Origin: Terracidiphilus sp.
GTDB taxonomy: Bacteria > Acidobacteriota > Terriglobia > Terriglobales > Acidobacteriaceae
NCBI GenBank assembly: GCA_050014515.1
Contig: JBEKDE010000005.1
Coordinates: 41,779 to 105,778 of the forward strand
Length of the DNA: 64,000 nt
Direction of reading: 5' to 3'
The notes below the pieces were generated by a model. That model searched no databases, was not told the origin of the DNA, and was given only the letters and a program-made list of their open reading frames with translations. How positions within the stretch are numbered: the stretch's first letter is position 1; each line of letters begins with the position of its first letter. Both the position numbers and the translations under genes were made by a program. This document shows positions 58,663 to 64,000 of the stretch, piece by piece.

Positions 58663-59688
58663 ATGAGTGACGGATCAGACAGCAAAGCTAAGGAAATTGG
58701 GGCGCCGGCGCCGTTGACCCGGGCTGCCCTGGCTTACGAGAACCCAGCCTTTTTAAATGGCTCAGATGGACGGCTTATCCGGATTGTGTCGGAATATCTG
58801 GAGCCGCTGGCGCGGTTTCGGCGGGAGCAGATTCAGGACACGGTGGTGTTTTTCGGCTCGGCGCGGTTTCGGGGCAAGGTCGAGGCCGACCACGAACTGG
58901 AACTGCTGGAGAACACGGGATCGAGCCAGCCCGCTCCCAGCCACGAACAGCCGGCAAGCGTTCCGCAGATCGTGGAGGGCACGGCTACCGATCTGCAGCG
59001 CAAGCGGGCAGTGGCGGCGGTGGAGATGGCGCGCTACTACGAAGACGCGCGGCGACTCTCCGGAATGCTTACGAAATGGGCGAAGGGGATTCCGTCAAAG
59101 CGGCACCGGTTTGTGGTGACCAGCGGCGGCGGCCCGGGCATCATGGAGGCGGCCAACCGCGGGGCCTACGAGGCAGGCGGCAAGACCATTGGGCTGAATA
59201 TACGGCTGCCGTTTGAGCAGTCACCCAACCCCTACATCACGCCAAGCCTCAACTTCGAGTTCCACTACTTCTTCATGCGCAAGCTGTGGTTTGCGTATTT
59301 GTCGAAGGCGCTGGTGGTGTTTCCGGGAGGGTTTGGGACGCTGGATGAGATGTTTGAGATTCTGACGCTGGCGCAGACGCAGAAACTGGCGAAGAAGATC
59401 ACGGTGGTGATCTACGGCTCTGAATACTGGAAGAAGGTCTTTAACCTGGACGTGCTGGTGGATACCGGGGCGATCTCTCCCAAGGACATTGAGCTGTTCC
59501 AGTTCGCTGATTCGCCGGAGCAGGCATTTGAGCTGCTGCGGCACGGATTGACGCAGAACTACCTGCTGGCCGAGGCGCAATCAGGGAAGCTGACCGAGAC
59601 CAACAAGACGGCGGACGGTGAAGACCTGATGGCCGGCTGGACGGTCGAGGACTTTCTGGGGCCGGAGATGGCGAAGACCAGCAAATGA
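58663..59688 (+). CDS. LOG family nucleotide monophosphate nucleosidase (TIGR00730-like)
   Basis: FFGSAR, SGGGPGIMEAANRGA, NIRLPFEQ, YFFMRK, PGGFGTLDE. Confidence 0.92.
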   Translation: MSDGSDSKAKEIGAPAPLTRAALAYENPAFLNGSDGRLIRIVSEYLEPLARFRREQIQDTVVFFGSARFRGKVEADHELELLENTGSSQPAPSHEQPASVPQIVEGTATDLQRKRAVAAVEMARYYEDARRLSGMLTKWAKGIPSKRHRFVVTSGGGPGIMEAANRGAYEAGGKTIGLNIRLPFEQSPNPYITPSLNFEFHYFFMRKLWFAYLSKALVVFPGGFGTLDEMFEILTLAQTQKLAKKITVVIYGSEYWKKVFNLDVLVDTGAISPKDIELFQFADSPEQAFELLRHGLTQNYLLAEAQSGKLTETNKTADGEDLMAGWTVEDFLGPEMAKTSK

Positions 59689-59884
59689 GATTTCCTGAAC
59701 CGCAGAATCTCTGGTTTTCTGGGGAATCTATTGGTAATTCGGCCAGTTTTACCTGCGTTTCCGGTAACTGAATTGATTCCTTTGGGAATTGAACGTGTAT
59801 TCGCGACCTCTTAACCCTCCATTTACTGATTTCAGAGGATACTGGATGCAGAATTCCGGGCAAGATCGTGGAGGAGGATCAGAA

Positions 59885-61042
59885 ATGGCCAAATCGACCA
59901 TCTCGTACTCGTGGCGCGACCAAAATGCGACGGACGGCTTCCGGTCAGCTGTTTCGTTGCACGGTCACACCAACCAGTCCCAGGAGACGCTGGACTTTCT
60001 GGCGAACTTCGGGAACCAGTATCCGCTGATGCGCCCATTGCTTTCGCGGATGGAGCGGCGTTCGGAGGCTATCTACGGCACGCCAATCAACTACGCATTG
60101 GCTTATTGGACACCGCCGATGACGCCGAAGCTGGCATTCAACCTGGAAAGTGAGCAGATTGAAAGGCTGGACCTGGCGCCGATGGTGTCGCTGACCGATC
60201 ATGACAACATAAAGGCTCCGATGCTGCTGCGGACGGTGCCAAGTGCGCGGCAGATTCCGGTTTCGGTGGAGTGGAGCGCGCCGTACGGAGTGCAGTCGTT
60301 TCACCTGGGGATTCACAATTTGCCGAGTGCGCGGGCGACGGAATGGATGCAGACGCTGGCCGATTATACGGCGAATCCCGTCGACGGGCGGCTGACGGAA
60401 ATCCTGGTTGCTCTGAACAATGAGCCGAATGTGCTGGTGATCTTCAACCATCCCATGTGGGACCTTTACATCGTTGGAGCGGAAAAGCACCAGTTCCTGG
60501 TGAACGAGTTTCTGCAGAAGAACGGCAATTACCTGCATGCGTTGGAGCTGAATGGGCTGCGGCACTGGGATGAGAACCGGGCGGTGCGGCGGCTGGCGGA
60601 GAAGTGGAACATGCTGCTGATCTCCGGCGGCGACCGTCACGGGGTGGAACCGAACGCCAACATCAACCTGACCAACGCGACGAGCTTTACCGAGTTTGTG
60701 CACGAGATTCGGCGGGAAAGAAAGAGCGACATACTCTTCATGCCGCAGTACGCCGAGCCTTGGAAGCATCGCATCCTGCAGTCGGTGGTGGACGCGGTGC
60801 GGGAGTATCCGGAGTTTCCGCAGGGATCGCGCACATGGGAAGAGCGGGTTTACCATCCCGATGCGAACGGGGTGATTCGACCGGTCAGCGAACTGTGGCC
60901 AGGCGGCGCCGCTCCGCGGGTGATGCGGTACGGCGTGAAGCTGGTGCAGCTGATGGGCAAGGGCCTGGTCTCGGGCGGATTGCGGATGGCCTGGAGCGAG
61001 ACCGACGAGCTGCGGCTGGCGCTCGGTGAGCACGACAGCTAG
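59885..61042 (+). CDS. PHP-like metal-dependent phosphoesterase
   Basis: RBS GGAGGAGG. SLHGHT, LTDHD, HLGIH, FNHP, ELNG and GGDRHG match the PHP metal-ligand motifs. Confidence 0.7.
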   Translation: MAKSTISYSWRDQNATDGFRSAVSLHGHTNQSQETLDFLANFGNQYPLMRPLLSRMERRSEAIYGTPINYALAYWTPPMTPKLAFNLESEQIERLDLAPMVSLTDHDNIKAPMLLRTVPSARQIPVSVEWSAPYGVQSFHLGIHNLPSARATEWMQTLADYTANPVDGRLTEILVALNNEPNVLVIFNHPMWDLYIVGAEKHQFLVNEFLQKNGNYLHALELNGLRHWDENRAVRRLAEKWNMLLISGGDRHGVEPNANINLTNATSFTEFVHEIRRERKSDILFMPQYAEPWKHRILQSVVDAVREYPEFPQGSRTWEERVYHPDANGVIRPVSELWPGGAAPRVMRYGVKLVQLMGKGLVSGGLRMAWSETDELRLALGEHDS

Positions 61043-61113
61043 GCCCCTGCGGTGCGGCGAACGCCCCCTGCGGTGCGGCGGACGCCACCTGCGGTGGGGC
61101 AGATGCTCGCGGG
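61043..61113 (+). repeat. Three tandem CCTGCGGTG-type REP units
   Basis: 20-21-bp units gcccctgcggtgcggcgaac / gccccctgcggtgcggcggac / gccacctgcggtggggcagat, starting at the PHP stop. Confidence 0.75.
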
Positions 61114-61223
61114 ACGCTTGCACGGGGTTGAGTGCTTTCCCGCCCTTTCCGCAGAAAGAAACGGAAAGGGTTTGGCGCTGGGCCGTTTAGCGGGTTACCT
61201 GGTCTCCGTGGCCGCCTCTGGAA

Positions 61224-62432
61224 ATGGTTGAAACAATGAATGCACAGATGCCGCGCGTGGCTTACTTCCCTGACTCGTTTCACGAGGTGAACGGGGTTGC
61301 GCATACGAGCCGGCATTTTGAGGCGTTTGCGCGGCGGCGGAACCTGCCTTTTCTGTGCGTCCGTGCAGGTGATCGAACCCAGGCCATTCTGGAAGAAGGC
61401 AACGTGTGGACGCTGGAGCTTCCACGCGGGTTTCTGTCGTTCGCGCTGGAGAAGGACCTGCGCTTCGACCCCGCATTTCTGCGGCATATTCCGCTGATCG
61501 GCGAGGTGCTGGAGCGGTTTAAGCCTGACCTGATTCACATCACCGGACCGAGCGAAGTGGGGATGCTGGGCGCGGGGCTTGCGCATCATCTGGGAGTTCC
61601 GCTGGCGGCGAGCTGGCATACCAATGTGCATGAGTACGCGGCGCGCCGGTCGGACTGGTTTCTGCGGCTGCTTCCGAAGCGGCAGTCGCAAGCAACTGAG
61701 CAGAAGATCGAGGATATCGCGATGGCCGCGGCGGCCAAGTTCTACTCGGTTGCGCAGGTGCTGTTTGCGCCCAATCCTGAGTTGTGCGCGCTGCTGGAGC
61801 GAACTACAGGGCGAAGCTGCTACCTGATGCCGCGTGGCGTGGATGCGGAGCTGTTTCATCCGGCGAAGCGATTGCGCGATTCTGAAGACCGCGATCATGT
61901 GCTGGGATTTGTGGGGCGGTTGTCGATTGAAAAGAACGTGACGCTGCTGGCGCGAGTCCAGGAAGAATTGGAAGCATTGGGACACAAGAGCTTTCGATTT
62001 CTGATCGTGGGGCATGGCGCGGAAGAGGCATGGCTGCGCGACCGGATGCCGCGCGCGGAGATTACCGGCGTTCTGAAGGGCGAAGAGCTTTCACGCGCTT
62101 ACGCGAACATGGATTTGTTTGTGTTTCCGTCGCATACTGACACCTTTGGGAATGTTGTGTTGGAGGCGCTGGCCAGCGGCGTGCCCGCGATTGTGACTCC
62201 CGATGGCGGCCCGCGGACGATTGTGCACGATGGGGTGACGGGGCGAATTGTGGCCGATGACGATTTTGCGGCAGCCGTGGCCGGGGTGCTGGGCGACCTG
62301 GCGAAACATGCAGAGATGCGGCTCAAAGCGCGGGAGTTTGCACTGACGATGAGCTGGGACTCGGTGTTTGAAGGGGTGTATGCGGCGTACGCCACCCGCG
62401 GTGGGGCAGACGCTCGCTGGAAGCTCGCATGA
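61224..62432 (+). CDS. Glycosyltransferase family 4 (diacylglycerol glycosyltransferase-like)
   Basis: DSFHEVNGVAHT, SWHTN, RGVDAELFHP, VGRLSIEKN, FPSHTDTFGNVVLEALASGVP. Confidence 0.92.
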   Translation: MVETMNAQMPRVAYFPDSFHEVNGVAHTSRHFEAFARRRNLPFLCVRAGDRTQAILEEGNVWTLELPRGFLSFALEKDLRFDPAFLRHIPLIGEVLERFKPDLIHITGPSEVGMLGAGLAHHLGVPLAASWHTNVHEYAARRSDWFLRLLPKRQSQATEQKIEDIAMAAAAKFYSVAQVLFAPNPELCALLERTTGRSCYLMPRGVDAELFHPAKRLRDSEDRDHVLGFVGRLSIEKNVTLLARVQEELEALGHKSFRFLIVGHGAEEAWLRDRMPRAEITGVLKGEELSRAYANMDLFVFPSHTDTFGNVVLEALASGVPAIVTPDGGPRTIVHDGVTGRIVADDDFAAAVAGVLGDLAKHAEMRLKAREFALTMSWDSVFEGVYAAYATRGGADARWKLA

Positions 62433-62444
62433 GCTTCATGTGTT

Positions 62445-62503
62445 CCCCGGTCCCCAAGTGCGAGGAACCCTTCGACGGGCTCAGGGCAGGCTCGGGGGCA
62501 CCC
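62445..62503. repeat. Composite REP (GGGGCACCC family with TTCGACGGGCTCAGGGCAGG insert)
   Basis: ccccggtcccc..gaggaacc[cttcgacgggctcagggcaggct]cgggggcaccc, parallel to 5715-5765. Confidence 0.6.
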
Positions 62504-62708
62504 TCATCGTGGCCTGTGAGGGGCGCCGAGACCGGGACCACCCGCCGGTCTGCTTTGCGCTGGGTTGAGCGCCCCATTGGCATTTAAGGGGTTAACGATT
62601 GGAATTTATAACTCGAAGTCTGCCGGCCTAAACCCGCCCGATTATGCGGTGCCGCTGTCGCATCGGGACGCGCTGTATGATTTCCGCATGGCCGCAATCG
62701 AGAAGAGC

Positions 62709-63293
62709 ATGAATGTAGATCGACGGAGTTTTCTGGTGCAGGCTGGCGCGGTGTCCCTCACCACAGGGATTCTTGCCGCACACGCGTTGGCTGCAGATGA
62801 TGTGAACGCAATGGACCGCGAGCGGATGCGATCCGTGGCAGCCTTCACTGCGGAGACGCTGAGCACGGATCATCCGATGGCGTTCGGTGCAGACATTGTG
62901 AGCACGGCTACGGGTGAGCGGCTGATGCGCGCGGTGAATCGCGTAGGTCCCGACCACGATCCTAGCGCGCATGCCGAAACCCTGACCATTCGACTCGCTT
63001 GCGCCAAGCTGGGCTCGGGATCTCTCAAGGGCTACACCCTGTATACGACGTGCGAGCCGTGCGCGATGTGCATGGCCTGCGCTCTATGGTCGGGCCTGGA
63101 CCGGCTGGTCTTTGGCGCCACAATTGCGGATGCAGGCAGGTTCGTTTCACAGATTACGATCCCTGCAAAAGAGGTAGCCCGGCGGACCGACATGCAATGT
63201 GTGGTGGCTGGGCCGGTGGAGCGCGAGGTTTGCGTGAAACTCTTTACCGATCCGCGCATGCAAAAGGCATTTGTAATGTGGAAGAAGCATTGA
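62709..63293 (+). CDS. Tat-signal nucleoside/guanine deaminase-like protein (CDA fold)
   Basis: DRRSFL twin-arginine signal, ALA cleavage site, AHAE and CEPCAMC Zn motifs. Confidence 0.85.
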   Translation: MNVDRRSFLVQAGAVSLTTGILAAHALAADDVNAMDRERMRSVAAFTAETLSTDHPMAFGADIVSTATGERLMRAVNRVGPDHDPSAHAETLTIRLACAKLGSGSLKGYTLYTTCEPCAMCMACALWSGLDRLVFGATIADAGRFVSQITIPAKEVARRTDMQCVVAGPVEREVCVKLFTDPRMQKAFVMWKKH

Positions 63294-63411
63294 GCGAACT
63301 CTGGGATGTGAAGTCAAATACTTTGTAATCTTGATGACTGTCGCTACTGCTGACGCATTGATAAGGCGGCTTGTCTCCATCAAGGATCATTGGTGTTAAC
63401 AGCGTTTGAAC

Positions 63412-63529
63412 TACAGCGAATCCTGAGATGCTGTAACCCGAAACCACAATACTGAAGTTGACCCGACCATCAGGGAGAGGCAACCTTGCACAACGCCCCA
63501 AAGGACACACCTTCTCAGGATTTGCTCTA
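63412..63529 (-). mobile_element. 118-bp MITE-like element, copy 2 (inverted)
   Basis: TA at both ends. TIRs TACAGCGAATCCTGAGA and TCTCAGGATTTGCTCTA. Six differences from 5543-5660. Confidence 0.75.
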
Positions 63530-63677
63530 AGTCGCTGGCGCGACGGGCGCTGCGGCATGGGTGGTCCCCGGGCTCCGCGCCCACTCATTCCGCAGATGCG
63601 CGGAATGAATGGGCACCGCTCTTCATTTCGGGAGCTGAGGAGATTCCGCGGCACTTATCCAGGCTTTGGAGGTTGGA

Positions 63678-64000
63678 CTACGCCTTTGCGGCGAGGGTGG
63701 TGATGGCGTCTACCATTTTGTCTAAATCGCCGATGGTGGTGTAGACGTGGGGCGTGACGCGGACGCAGCTTATGTTCTCCCACACGATGCCGACGGTGTG
63801 GATCTTGTACTGGTCAAAAAGGGCAGAGGACAGCTGGGCAGGCGTCATGCCGCTAATGCTGACGCCGCAGATGGCGCAGGAGTAGCGCGGGTCGAGCGAG
63901 GTGTGGAGCTTGACCTTGGCGACGGTCTCGACGCGGCTGGCCCAATAATTCTTGAGATAGTGGATGCGCTGCTGCTTGCGTGCGCTGCCGATGCCCTCGT
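63678..64000 (-). CDS. Aminotransferase class V (isopenicillin N epimerase/cysteine desulfurase-like), C-terminal part; not in the ORF track
   Basis: Manual translation ...RIHYLKNYWASRV...CVRVTPHVYTTIGDLDKMVDAI...AAKA*. Confidence 0.8.
   Translation of the reverse strand, partial: EGIGSARKQQRIHYLKNYWASRVETVAKVKLHTSLDPRYSCAICGVSISGMTPAQLSSALFDQYKIHTVGIVWENISCVRVTPHVYTTIGDLDKMVDAITTLAAKA

Noticed and set aside
61043-61113. Possible CRISPR array
   Set aside because: Tandem REP units with no spacers; the same motif is dispersed elsewhere.

Overview
GC-rich bacterial chromosomal segment, most likely Acidobacteriaceae, inferred from the PadR-ADOP permease pair, PNGase A/H+, type II-like egtBD and the style of the intergenic palindromes. 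It holds about 58 protein genes. Core genes are a partial thyX, recA, prfA-prmC, hslVU, tal and ggt, plus a split hypAB/hypCDE hydrogenase-maturation cluster. The rest are vapBC, egtBD, secreted hydrolases (GH27, S9, M13, CocE/NonD, PNGase), transporters, a GGDEF protein, LOG, a PHP-like/GT4 pair and several orphan genes. I found no rRNA, tRNA, CRISPR array, transposase, integrase or phage gene. The most notable signals are non-coding: (1) two ~95% identical inverted copies of a 118-bp TA-ended MITE-like element 58 kb apart; (2) several REP-like palindrome families, one copy of which encodes a protein C-terminus; (3) 7-mer and 8-mer tandem arrays; (4) a ~330-nt multi-hairpin intergenic region that may be an unannotated RNA; (5) candidate operators, including a GalR/LacI-type site at the alpha-galactosidase and 20-bp-phased repeats at vapBC. 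Also seen are a probable frameshifted gene inside the hyp cluster and a 52-aa gene missing from the ORF track. The most interesting functional hypothesis is that the PHP-like/GT4 pair performs phosphate-starvation lipid remodelling. All family calls are motif recognition by eye; no searches were run.
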